Assembly: GCA_030834985.1 (NCBI GenBank)
Contig: JAUQWV010000007.1
Span: forward strand, 4,321 to 68,320
DNA length: 64,000 bases
Direction: 5' to 3'
Source of the DNA: Candidatus Dojkabacteria bacterium
Lineage (GTDB): Bacteria; Patescibacteriota; Dojkabacteria; J137
The translations under genes were made by a program, and so were the position numbers. This document shows positions 36,101 to 44,745 of the stretch, piece after piece. Below the pieces are notes generated by a model. The model searched no databases and was not told where the DNA came from. It saw only the letters and a program-made list of their open reading frames with translations. How positions within the stretch are numbered: position 1 is the stretch's first letter; every line of letters starts with the position of its first letter.

Positions 36101-37234
36101 AATGAATTCTTGTCTGAATTTGATCAGCTAGATAACTTCTTAAATGGTCCTGATGCTGTAACAAATCCAAAAGTAATAGGCTATTTGGCTGCAATTAGAA
36201 GAGAAAGTAGGCTGCATCAGAAAAACTTAGCTAACAGACAAGCTGTTAACGAGTTAGTTACTACAAATGCTGATAATATTTCTCAGATACAAACAGTATT
36301 AAATCCTGATAATAATATATTTACAAAAGAAGCAGCCACTGTTATTCCACAACTAGATTCTGCTGAAAAGCTCTTCAATAAACTAAATGAAAAGAATAAT
36401 AGAGAAGTATTTGTACAAGGAATTATAAACGTTGATCAGGCAAATATAGAAAACTTAACAAAAGTTATCAGCAGCTTAATAAATCTGTATTACCTGTTAA
36501 TGTTCTTTAAAAAAGATGCTGCATTGAAAACGTGCGAAGAGATTATGCGCTTTGTTACAGATGTAATTAATTCTGCTTCAGAAAGACCCGACTTTTTTAC
36601 AAATGACCTAAAAAGTTTACTAGAACAAAAAGCAAAGCAATATGTGCCAATTATTAGAGATTCTGAAACAGCAGATGCTACCGTCGTTGTAGCTCAGCTA
36701 AGTACTGACATCAATAATTCTGCAGAAAGTGTTAATAATTATGAAATTAACAGAATGTCAATGATAACGTTCAATAGAATAAAGTCTGTGAACGAACTAA
36801 TTAAAAATGGAGAAGTAACAAGCAGAAGCAGAGTTTTAACTTTGTTAGCAAGCGTAGAAGATACACTTGGCAATTTAGATGAAGAAACAATAAAGATTTT
36901 ATTAAAAAAGCTTGTTGAAGGTGACAATAATAAGAAAGTATTCCAAGAATTTATAGCAAATCTATTTATATATATGTACCATTGCCAAAGATGGTCTGTA
37001 ATACAAGGTAGTATTGAACATTTATTTGAGATATTAATAAAAGCAGTAAGCAAGGATACTTTGTTTGCATTGGAAAATATTGAACAGGTAATAGACTCAT
37101 GTATTGAGAAGTTTACAAAGCGTAGTGCAAGAGGAAGAACAATTAAAGTAGCAAACATTCCTAATAAATTTTTAGACGGAAGATTTGAGAAAATGCGTAA
37201 TACTATAACCAAAGTTCGTACTAAAGCAGCTTAA
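33170..37234 (+). CDS. Very large helical orphan protein, 1354 aa
   Basis: Long ORF rich in Leu/Glu/Lys; no signal peptide or motif recognised. Confidence 0.8.
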   Translation: MANPKDPASQNDIPTLTGLSTELGINLDEVGFETLNTFLDKIQSEDPQQIESATEGLELLINAHESDTGRSYDQLLDFFTKVIDHLTEALKSGAPLDTSYENLLKVLERIQLSKANNESLANGISNSLFNLAKVLQTQGQASFLNNFLNDMATNPTGLTAESELKIVELTLKDADAKRLLNNGFIERLIYTNLENDTLGIIPQELQALAPEYAKCIIDLITSNALSLNKLNNILIKFSGAEFLEVFTSKLVASPDQQYLDSTKQKFRELVLSLQKNVELDNPIFSNLKKIVFELFGEEFANELLEYNTKGPKLEQLADSLNDQELSLEQKHQVLKDVLKLLEEEKRKDSPDDRVLKKVFGIVLGNFRRLNLADAESYKIDSYGRTLTTVAIELYKNSFETGRPEARILGNTGTLAIVENKIIDGLKLLKEDRVDYSGIQELYLILIDNPDVYAAFPAVHSQIFENIAFALPNQTALRLLKRLYTKLTGIDEVEDILQFDQITTVDQVRAKQDALQEIPIGEFISWIAFRSDESADELLDKLQGREGDSTIAELIELINVIRPEIRQKFDERAYERREKRTDSIKSRIGESLAAVRIEMITDSIKRDELKKLELQRTWKEKAVHGIESTLSFGRFKFNKFRTEWRKGIDEKLKENVQEESKRQKKMIVEVGVDSLLEVIKANSSQYRYDADFIYVLSDSKTRNQFEAILIELYKLYSDEEYASLRPKIAQIFESYSLDHNVLEFLSPELRAVRIPLLKAKLETYQNKYTDFLGEELRVEEIEGNRIASIRLKLRGELTKKQEEQKLSEQYLEVAKPRNIAIKELEIILSDKRLYDIYIDTPGFEDLLVSTIDSLVASGLRSSYDVGFIMYLIQETNSLGHSIWDSLPAQTRLKAAETLLSSFTEGTQEYRKIVLKLLKNPTPPPAFVRSDFSNYLSAVYIYAQETNAEFRNKIQIVLEEEPVSTKRRLFSRKKEENPRNEFLSEFDQLDNFLNGPDAVTNPKVIGYLAAIRRESRLHQKNLANRQAVNELVTTNADNISQIQTVLNPDNNIFTKEAATVIPQLDSAEKLFNKLNEKNNREVFVQGIINVDQANIENLTKVISSLINLYYLLMFFKKDAALKTCEEIMRFVTDVINSASERPDFFTNDLKSLLEQKAKQYVPIIRDSETADATVVVAQLSTDINNSAESVNNYEINRMSMITFNRIKSVNELIKNGEVTSRSRVLTLLASVEDTLGNLDEETIKILLKKLVEGDNNKKVFQEFIANLFIYMYHCQRWSVIQGSIEHLFEILIKAVSKDTLFALENIEQVIDSCIEKFTKRSARGRTIKVANIPNKFLDGRFEKMRNTITKVRTKAA

Positions 37235-37249
37235 TTTTATAAATAGCCT

Positions 37250-37756
37250 ATGGATGCACCTGCAATATCAACAAAAAATTTAATAGAAAAAAATATTTGG
37301 GAAGTTATAGGTTTAGATATAAGTGAAGAAGCCCAATCTGAACAACTTACTGAATTTACCGAAGCTGCATGGCTGTTACTTATAGATCAAAAGCTACCTA
37401 AAGTTATTGGACAAGGAGAATACAAATCTTTATGTGAGAGTTTCAATAGTAAATCAGTTTCGATTGATCAGTTTGTACAGCGGATTCAAGATATTTATGC
37501 TGCAAACGGAGCAGACATAAATAAAGATTTTGATGAAGCTATGGAAGAGGTTCTTGAAATTTTTGTTGAGGATCAAATTGCTTTTTTAGAAAAAAGAATT
37601 AAAGCTATTAAAGATGAAACAGAGCGAGGTGTTAAATTATCCTTAATTAATAATCTTAAAGAACTATTTACATCAAAACAATGGGATCAAATGGGCGAGA
37701 TATTCAAAAAGATAGAGGGATACCAGCTTCCTGAATCACTTGTTCTACATCTGTAA
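37250..37756 (+). CDS. Hypothetical helical protein
   Basis: 168-aa ORF; its 3' end overlaps the convergent dus gene. Confidence 0.7.
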   Translation: MDAPAISTKNLIEKNIWEVIGLDISEEAQSEQLTEFTEAAWLLLIDQKLPKVIGQGEYKSLCESFNSKSVSIDQFVQRIQDIYAANGADINKDFDEAMEEVLEIFVEDQIAFLEKRIKAIKDETERGVKLSLINNLKELFTSKQWDQMGEIFKKIEGYQLPESLVLHL

Positions 37757-38756
37757 CCGAATTTGTTTGCATTAGCTTTACTCTTATTGCACTGGCATTT
37801 TCAAATCCTTTAATATACCAGCCAAAATGTTTTCGCATTTGCACAAATGCTTTAGGGTCCGGATTTAACTCTACAAATTTTTTAGTATGTTCAATCATTA
37901 CTTTTACTCTTTCTTCTAAAGAAATATCTTCAAATTTTTTACCTTTAAATATCCATGGATTTCCAAAAGAGGCTCTGCCGATTAAGACGCCTTGTGCACC
38001 AGTTAAATCTAAAACTTTTTTAATATCGGAGTAATCTTTAATATCGCCATTAGCTAAAATAGGAATCTCTGTTGTTTTAACTGCTTTTTTAATTTCGTCC
38101 CAATCGGCAGAGCCAGTGTACATTTGTTTTAAGGTTCTACCGTGAAGGCTTATCCATGCTGGATTTTCTTTTTCGAGTTCTTTAATCCACCATTCAGTTA
38201 CTGGTTCTGAGTAGCCAATTCTTGTTTTTACTGATACCGGCAGAACCTTTCTTGTAGAGTATTGAGCGTTCAGTTCTTTTTTTAAATCTACTACTGCAGC
38301 TAAAGTTTTTTCCGGCAAACCTGTAAGTTTGCCGTCATTTGCCCAATCTACAACACCTTGCTTGGTAGCTACAATAATTTCTCTTGCAAGATTAGGAGTC
38401 CTGATAAGGGCTGCCCCGCTACCACTAGAAGCCACATTTTTTGCGGGGCAGCCCATATTGATATCAACTGCATCAAAATCTAATTCACACGCAATTTTTG
38501 CAACATGATAAAAATATTCAGGTTCTTTTCCGTAAATCTGAGCAACAATAGGTTTTTGTGTTTTATCGTAATGAAAATCTTTAATAACATGTTGTCCAGC
38601 TTGAGACATTCCCATTACATTAGTGAACTCAGTAAAAATGACATCGGGATTACCATGTTTTTTAGTTATGTAACGATAAGCGGAGTCAGTGACACCATCC
38701 ATAGGTGACAATCCCACTATAGGATATCGCAAATTTAAGATATTTTTTCTTGACAT
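37704..38756 (-). CDS. dus: tRNA-dihydrouridine synthase (DusB/C-like)
   Basis: LSPMDGVTD, DINMGCP, SVKTRIG, LHGRT, ANGDI, IGRASFGNPW and MRKHFGWY motifs. Confidence 0.93.
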   Translation of the reverse strand: MSRKNILNLRYPIVGLSPMDGVTDSAYRYITKKHGNPDVIFTEFTNVMGMSQAGQHVIKDFHYDKTQKPIVAQIYGKEPEYFYHVAKIACELDFDAVDINMGCPAKNVASSGSGAALIRTPNLAREIIVATKQGVVDWANDGKLTGLPEKTLAAVVDLKKELNAQYSTRKVLPVSVKTRIGYSEPVTEWWIKELEKENPAWISLHGRTLKQMYTGSADWDEIKKAVKTTEIPILANGDIKDYSDIKKVLDLTGAQGVLIGRASFGNPWIFKGKKFEDISLEERVKVMIEHTKKFVELNPDPKAFVQMRKHFGWYIKGFENASAIRVKLMQTNSVTDVEQVIQEAGIPLSF

Positions 38757-38888
38757 TCTGATGTATAAAAGTTATCGTTAAAATAAGTTGAGCGCTTTTT
38801 TGATAACAAAATTTTCTGACAGTACCTTGTTTACTGACAGGGCGATTATATCAAATAATACATAAAGTTTTGTTATTAAATAACGAAT

Positions 38889-40001
38889 ATGGCTTTTGCT
38901 CATAGACTTCTCACAACAGAGCTCCCAGACTTGGAGCAGATTATCCGCCCCCCAGAAACTACGGAACGTACGCAAGAGATTGTAATACTCCCAATTATTG
39001 GAGAACAGCAGGTATACAGTGTTTTATTAAGAGATACATTTAGAAGAACCGAACTGATTGATGGTAATTTGGCTCGATTCAGCATGCTTGCAAAATATAG
39101 AACATTAAATCCTATAGAAATTGGTGAAATTCAAAAAGTTAATGTTGATTTATTTGAAAGCTTAAGAGCAAGCGGAATTTTGTTAATTGATGCTGATAGC
39201 GGCAATTACTACATGCTTAACTCATTTAACGGTATAGATATTCAAAACAATTTTCAAACTGGAGTAGAGTCAGTTAACACTGCTTTGAATTCAGGCATTA
39301 ATAAGGCAATGAGAGCAAATGGATTATATGACGGTGTAATGAGCGGCAATATTATTGATCTCCAGGGATACCTTATTGCTAATAACTTTACTACACAAGA
39401 TGCAATGGGTGGAAATCTAGAAAGGGATTTAATTAAAGCACAAAGAAGATTACAAAATATATTTGAATCTATAGATTGGAATAGTACCGGTGTAGCTGAG
39501 CTATTAGCTAATTCTATTGAAACGATCTTTGATGCAACTACAGATGAAGAAATCAGTAACTTTGCCCTATACTTTACTCAATTAGTACCGGATCCCGATA
39601 TTAGAGCTGGATATGTAAATACAGCAATAAATAATGCTGATGAAAATTCTGTAAGAAATATATTCAGACTAATGGCTGCAATAGGAGATTTTCAATTATC
39701 TACTGAGCCTGTAAACAATACTGCTAGCGTAGAGGCATTAACAGAAGAAGGGATTTTAAGAAAATATGTATATCCAGCATTAAGAAATTTAGTAGGAAGA
39801 TATCCTAGTATTCTTAACTTCTATAAATCATTGGCCGAAGAGTTTAAGTTATTTGTTTCTTCTAAGAATCTAGAATTAGGCGGCAATCTTACAGAGGAAC
39901 AAATCAATAATATTGCCGCCAGAGTGATGGACGAAATTCAGCAGGAATACCGCTTTCAGTTATCTAAGTTAAGAAATTTGCAAATACCAGCAGAGTCCTG
40001 A
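38889..40001 (+). CDS. Hypothetical protein
   Basis: 370-aa ORF; no motif recognised. Confidence 0.7.
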   Translation: MAFAHRLLTTELPDLEQIIRPPETTERTQEIVILPIIGEQQVYSVLLRDTFRRTELIDGNLARFSMLAKYRTLNPIEIGEIQKVNVDLFESLRASGILLIDADSGNYYMLNSFNGIDIQNNFQTGVESVNTALNSGINKAMRANGLYDGVMSGNIIDLQGYLIANNFTTQDAMGGNLERDLIKAQRRLQNIFESIDWNSTGVAELLANSIETIFDATTDEEISNFALYFTQLVPDPDIRAGYVNTAINNADENSVRNIFRLMAAIGDFQLSTEPVNNTASVEALTEEGILRKYVYPALRNLVGRYPSILNFYKSLAEEFKLFVSSKNLELGGNLTEEQINNIAARVMDEIQQEYRFQLSKLRNLQIPAES

Positions 40002-40006
40002 TTAGC

Positions 40007-41758
40007 TTATAAGTCTAATGCCTTAGAACTTATTTTTTCAGAAGCTCTTTTACCAAATTCTTCTACAGTCATTTCACCTAAAGATTCTCCGCCTCTTAGC
40101 CTAATATTTACATTATTATTTTCTAATTCTTTGTCTCCAACAACTAAAACGTATGGAGTCTTTTGCGCTTGAGCTTTCCTAATTTTATTACCTAATGTTT
40201 CGTTTGCACTATCAACTTCTGCACGTATTCCTTTTGATTTTAGTTCCTGCATAATTTTGTAAGCGTAATCAGAATGCTTTTCACTTGAGATTGGTAAAAT
40301 TACCGCTTGGGTATAGCTTAACCAAGCAGGAAAATTTCCAGCTGTATGCTCAATATATACAGAGATAAATCTTTCTAGTGCACCCATTAAAGCAAAGTGA
40401 ATCATTACAGGTGTTTTTTCGCTGCCGTCTTTATCGGTATAAACAAGACCGAATCTTGCAGGTTGTACAAAGTCTAATTGAGGAGTTGCACACTGCCACT
40501 CACGACCAAGCGCATCTGTTACCATAAAGTCTAGCTTTGGCCCATAAAACGCAGCTTCTCCAGGCCCTTCATAATAATTTAGTTTATTATCTTCAGCGAT
40601 CTTCCTTAGTATTGATTCAGCTTTGTTCCAAACTTCAGGATCTCCATGATATTTTTGCGGAGTTTGAGGGTCTCTAAAAGATAATCTTACTCTATAGCTT
40701 AGTCCCAAAGAAGAGTAGAATTTATCAATGATTGTCAAAAGCTCGCTATATATCTGTTCAATTTGTTCAATGTTGCAGAAAATGTGGCTGTCATCTTGTG
40801 TTATTGAGCGGACTCTTGAAAGGCCGAGCAGCTCGCCTGCTTTTTCATCACGGTAAACAGTTGTAGTTTCCATATACTTTATTGGTAAGTCGCGGTAACT
40901 ACGCTGCTCGGCCGCAAAGATCTGCTGGTGATGTGGACAATTCATAGGCTTCATTACAAGGTCATCAGAAGTTTCCTGACTTTTTACTAATAACCATTCA
41001 TTGGCAAATTTATCCCAGTGACCAGAAACCTTGTATAAGTCATTTTTGGCAATATGAGGAACCCAAACTCTTTGGAACCCAATCTCTTCTCGCAATCCTT
41101 GCGAAAATTTATTCAATTCTTCACGCAAAAAAGCGCCTTTTGGAGTAAACAAAGGCAAACCTGAACCTACTAAATCTGAAAAAGCGAATAGCCCAAGTTC
41201 TTTACCTAATTTTCTATGATCGCGCTTTTTTGCTTCCTCTAGGTTATGTAGATATTCATCTAATTCAGGTTGAGTAGGGAATGCTGTTGCATAAATTCTA
41301 GTTAACATTTTATTTTTTTCATCTCCACGCCAGTAGGCACCAGCAATGGATAAGAGTTTAAATGCACCGATTTCCTGGCTCGGATTCTCAACGTGACCTC
41401 CACGGCATAGATCTTCAAAACTGCCTGATTTATAAAAAGTTAATGACTCACCTTTATCGGCAAATCCATTTATAAGCTCTTCTTTATATTCGTTTCCTTT
41501 AACTTTTTCTAATGCTTCTTCTTTACTCACTTCAATTTTTTCAAAGCTAGTCCATGATTGTAAAAGCTCTTTCATCTTAGCTTCAATCTTAGGGAAATCT
41601 TCCTCGGATATAGGCTTTGAAAACTCAAAATCATAATAAAAGCCGTTTTCAATTGATGGCCCAATAGCGCGCTTTGCATCTGGCCATAATTCTAAAACTG
41701 CAGCTGCAAGCAAATGCGCGCTGCTATGTCTTAATTTATCTAAATGTTCTGAATTCAT
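40007..41758 (-). CDS. thrS: Threonyl-tRNA synthetase, lacking the N-terminal TGS domain
   Basis: RHSSAHLLA, DLCRGGH, RDHRKLG, KPMNCPHH and GEAAFYGPKLD motifs. Confidence 0.97.
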   Translation of the reverse strand: MNSEHLDKLRHSSAHLLAAAVLELWPDAKRAIGPSIENGFYYDFEFSKPISEEDFPKIEAKMKELLQSWTSFEKIEVSKEEALEKVKGNEYKEELINGFADKGESLTFYKSGSFEDLCRGGHVENPSQEIGAFKLLSIAGAYWRGDEKNKMLTRIYATAFPTQPELDEYLHNLEEAKKRDHRKLGKELGLFAFSDLVGSGLPLFTPKGAFLREELNKFSQGLREEIGFQRVWVPHIAKNDLYKVSGHWDKFANEWLLVKSQETSDDLVMKPMNCPHHQQIFAAEQRSYRDLPIKYMETTTVYRDEKAGELLGLSRVRSITQDDSHIFCNIEQIEQIYSELLTIIDKFYSSLGLSYRVRLSFRDPQTPQKYHGDPEVWNKAESILRKIAEDNKLNYYEGPGEAAFYGPKLDFMVTDALGREWQCATPQLDFVQPARFGLVYTDKDGSEKTPVMIHFALMGALERFISVYIEHTAGNFPAWLSYTQAVILPISSEKHSDYAYKIMQELKSKGIRAEVDSANETLGNKIRKAQAQKTPYVLVVGDKELENNNVNIRLRGGESLGEMTVEEFGKRASEKISSKALDL

Positions 41759-41821
41759 AAAATGTAATTTAATTGAAAAATGATATAAATATTGAATTGT
41801 ATACGTAGTTATTTTACCCCC

Positions 41822-41872
41822 TTATGGGGTTGTAGTAGTAGTGTTTGTGAAGATAAAACTTCGTTTAATCAT
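41822..41872 (-). CDS. Thr-rich leader peptide MIKRSFIFTNTTTTTP upstream of thrS (not in the ORF track)
   Basis: ATG ATT AAA CGA AGT TTT ATC TTC ACA AAC ACT ACT ACT ACA ACC CCA TAA: six Thr codons, lying between the thrS promoter and start. Confidence 0.75.
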   Translation of the reverse strand: MIKRSFIFTNTTTTTP

Positions 41873-41880
41873 TAACGCTG

Positions 41881-41909
41881 ATTATATCTTTATAAAGCTG
41901 GTAAATCAA
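41881..41909 (-). promoter_or_regulatory. Promoter of the thr leader and thrS
   Basis: TTGATT(41909-41904)-17 bp-TATAAT(41886-41881). Confidence 0.7.
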
Positions 41910-41985
41910 ATACCCACACAACGCAGTGTGTACACTGAATAATACTTTGTAGTATTATAGATTGTTAATATTAGACTTTCTTACT

Positions 41986-43830
41986 ATGTGTGGAATTGTT
42001 GGCTTTTCAGGCAAACCCGATACAGAGACTTTAAACCGAATGAGAGATGCAATTTTTCACCGTGGTCCGGATGATGCAGCTAATCTTGAAGAAGAGAACT
42101 TTTCTGTAGGTTTTAGGCGACTTGCAATTATTGATTTATCCGAAAATATTTATCCAATTCATAATGAAGAGCAGAGTATAAGTGTATTTTTGAATGGAGA
42201 GATTTATAACTACCAGGCGCTACGGGAAGAATTAGAGGAATTAGGACATAAATTCAAAACAGAGTCCGATACAGAAACAATCGCTCACGGATATGAAGAA
42301 TGGGGTGAAAATGTTGTTAAACATTTAAGAGGAATGTTTACATTTGTCTTATACAATAAGACCAAAGATGAATTATTAATTGCTCGTGACCGATTAGGAA
42401 TAAAACCTTTTTATTACGCAGAGGTTGATAAAAGAATAGTGTTTGGTTCTGAAATTAAAAGCTTATTAGCTGGTTTTGATATTAAGAGAGAGGTTGATGA
42501 GGATTCTTTGTACAAATTTTTAACTTCCAGAATTCACGATATAAATGATGATACTTTCTTTAAGAATATAAAAAGATTGCTGCCGGGACATTTAATGATA
42601 ATTGATTCGCAGGGTAATCACAGAATAGAGAAATATTGGAATCCTACCTACTCATCAAAATTTGCTTCTGAGAAATCAGACGAGCAATATGCAAAAGAAT
42701 TTAGAGATATTTTTATAGAAGCCATAAAGCTTCATTTAATTGCTGACGTTCCTGTAGGTGTAACATTATCAGGAGGGTTAGACTCGAGCGGAATCACATC
42801 TATTGCTTCAAAATTATATAAAGAAAATCATCCTAATACTAAATTTTATTCATTTTCGGCAGTTCATCCTGGCGAAACTATAAATGAAGAAGAATACATT
42901 GATAATATTGTTGAGCATACCGGAGTAGAGTCAGTAAAGATTACTCCAAGTGTAGAAACTTTCTGGGAAGAATTAAATACCTGGGTGTATTTTCAAGAGG
43001 AGCCTGTGATAAGTGGCGCACCATATGCTTATTACACTGTGATGCGTGAAGCTAGAAAATATGTAACAGTTCTTTTGACAGGGCAGGGCGGTGATGAATT
43101 GCTGGCCGGCTACATTCCTTATTTTATGACGTATTTACAGTCGGCAATTGACAAAGGTAAGTTCTTAGAGGCTTTCAGAGAAACTGTAGCCGGCCGAGAT
43201 CTATATACCAAATTCTTTGTGGATAAGTTAATTCAAAAGTTGAAGAAGGATAATACAATTAATGCTTCTCAAATGATAATCAATACTAATAATACAGAGT
43301 TTATAAGACCTCAGGCTACTAGAAATCTTAATAAAAGATTATTTGAAGACGTTACCTCTTTAACAACGCCATCACTTTTAAGGTATGAAGATAAGAATTC
43401 AATGGCAAATTCATTGGAGTCGCGAGTGCCGTTTTTTGACCATATTGTAGTAGAGTACATATTTAACCTGCCGATTGATCAAAAGATAAAAAACGGCTGG
43501 ACAAGACACATATATCGAGAAGCAATGAAAGGGTTAATCCCAGAAAAGAATAGATTAAGGCGAAGTAAAATAGGTTTTACAAACCCTGAATGGGAGTGGA
43601 TAGAGCGTAAGAAAGAAAAATTTATTGAGATATTTGAATCTGACTCTTTTAAATCCAGAAAGTTCTGGAAAGCAGATTTAATTCTACAAAACTTTAAAGA
43701 TACACTTGATGGAAAGATGAAAGGGGACGTTTTATTCTTCTGGAGAGTATTTATAGCTGAAATGTGGATGAGAACTTATGTGGATAACTTTACAGTTTTA
43801 GATACTAAATTGTTAGTAAATTTAAGTTAG
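41986..43830 (+). CDS. asnB: Asparagine synthase (glutamine-hydrolysing) family amidotransferase
   Basis: MCGIVG with Cys2, HRGPDD, RRLAIID, NGEIYN, LSGGLDSS, GQGGDE and LESRVPF motifs. Confidence 0.92.
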   Translation: MCGIVGFSGKPDTETLNRMRDAIFHRGPDDAANLEEENFSVGFRRLAIIDLSENIYPIHNEEQSISVFLNGEIYNYQALREELEELGHKFKTESDTETIAHGYEEWGENVVKHLRGMFTFVLYNKTKDELLIARDRLGIKPFYYAEVDKRIVFGSEIKSLLAGFDIKREVDEDSLYKFLTSRIHDINDDTFFKNIKRLLPGHLMIIDSQGNHRIEKYWNPTYSSKFASEKSDEQYAKEFRDIFIEAIKLHLIADVPVGVTLSGGLDSSGITSIASKLYKENHPNTKFYSFSAVHPGETINEEEYIDNIVEHTGVESVKITPSVETFWEELNTWVYFQEEPVISGAPYAYYTVMREARKYVTVLLTGQGGDELLAGYIPYFMTYLQSAIDKGKFLEAFRETVAGRDLYTKFFVDKLIQKLKKDNTINASQMIINTNNTEFIRPQATRNLNKRLFEDVTSLTTPSLLRYEDKNSMANSLESRVPFFDHIVVEYIFNLPIDQKIKNGWTRHIYREAMKGLIPEKNRLRRSKIGFTNPEWEWIERKKEKFIEIFESDSFKSRKFWKADLILQNFKDTLDGKMKGDVLFFWRVFIAEMWMRTYVDNFTVLDTKLLVNLS

Positions 43831-43838
43831 CTAAAATT

Positions 43839-44234
43839 CTAGATGGCTGTCTGGCTTGGTACTTCTGGAGACGGCAAGCTATTTGATGAGACTGTAGGTA
43901 GCTGTGTTTGTGGTTCACCATTAGTAGTTTGTGTAACTTCTGGCTGTACAACTGGTACTATAGGTACATCTGGATTTTGTATATCATTTTGCTCTACTTT
44001 AGTCTGCTCTCTTTCTTTAATATTTTGAATCTCTTGTTGAAAAGCTGTTGGTAGCGGCGGAGGTGGCGGTACATAAGCCTCTTTTTTGTAGCTAGAATCG
44101 CCGCGTTTTAGATAAATCCAAATTACAGCTAATATCAGTAAGACAACAAAGATACCAACTCCTACAAGCACTAGCACTGTTATATCTTCTGGAGTTGGAA
44201 TATATTGAGTTGTTTCTGCAGCTGTTGCTTCCAT
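43839..44234 (-). CDS. Hypothetical single-TM protein with a Pro-rich tail
   Basis: One TM helix followed by PPPPPLP and a low-complexity tail. Confidence 0.7.
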   Translation of the reverse strand: MEATAAETTQYIPTPEDITVLVLVGVGIFVVLLILAVIWIYLKRGDSSYKKEAYVPPPPPLPTAFQQEIQNIKEREQTKVEQNDIQNPDVPIVPVVQPEVTQTTNGEPQTQLPTVSSNSLPSPEVPSQTAI

Positions 44235-44254
44235 ATACAGCTAGTTTAATCTAA

Positions 44255-44734
44255 TCAACCTTCGGGTGCAAGCATAGCGGCTGTTTCGCTGTCAGCATAG
44301 GTAGCAGTTTCTTCTTTTATAACTCTAAATAGTTTTTGAGTAGGATTAATAAAAACAATATCCATCGTTTTTGGAATAAATTGTTGCGCAATTCTTTGAA
44401 TACTTCCCGATGGAAAGCTATTTCTTGCCTGCACCCGTACACCATTTTCTGTGACAAGTGTTTTATCGTTATAACCTAGTGTTTCAAACTCTCCACTATA
44501 AACTACAACACCTTTAATAATAGAATTAGCAGGATCAGTAGTATCTAAAAAAAATATTTCATCTCCTCTGCTCAAACTACTTAAACTCCAAGGCTCAGAA
44601 TTATTAACCATTTCAATAAGATCTGGATTATCTAGCTGTGTCTCTGTTAATAATCCTTGTGCAAGTAATTGAGCAACAAGCTTTCCTGCTGTTGAATTTT
44701 CAAGTCGGGCTCTACTAATTGTGTTCTCTAACAT
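44255..44734 (-). CDS. Hypothetical protein
   Basis: 159-aa ORF directly after proS. Confidence 0.65.
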   Translation of the reverse strand: MLENTISRARLENSTAGKLVAQLLAQGLLTETQLDNPDLIEMVNNSEPWSLSSLSRGDEIFFLDTTDPANSIIKGVVVYSGEFETLGYNDKTLVTENGVRVQARNSFPSGSIQRIAQQFIPKTMDIVFINPTQKLFRVIKEETATYADSETAAMLAPEG

Positions 44735-44745
44735 ATTGAATTTGA

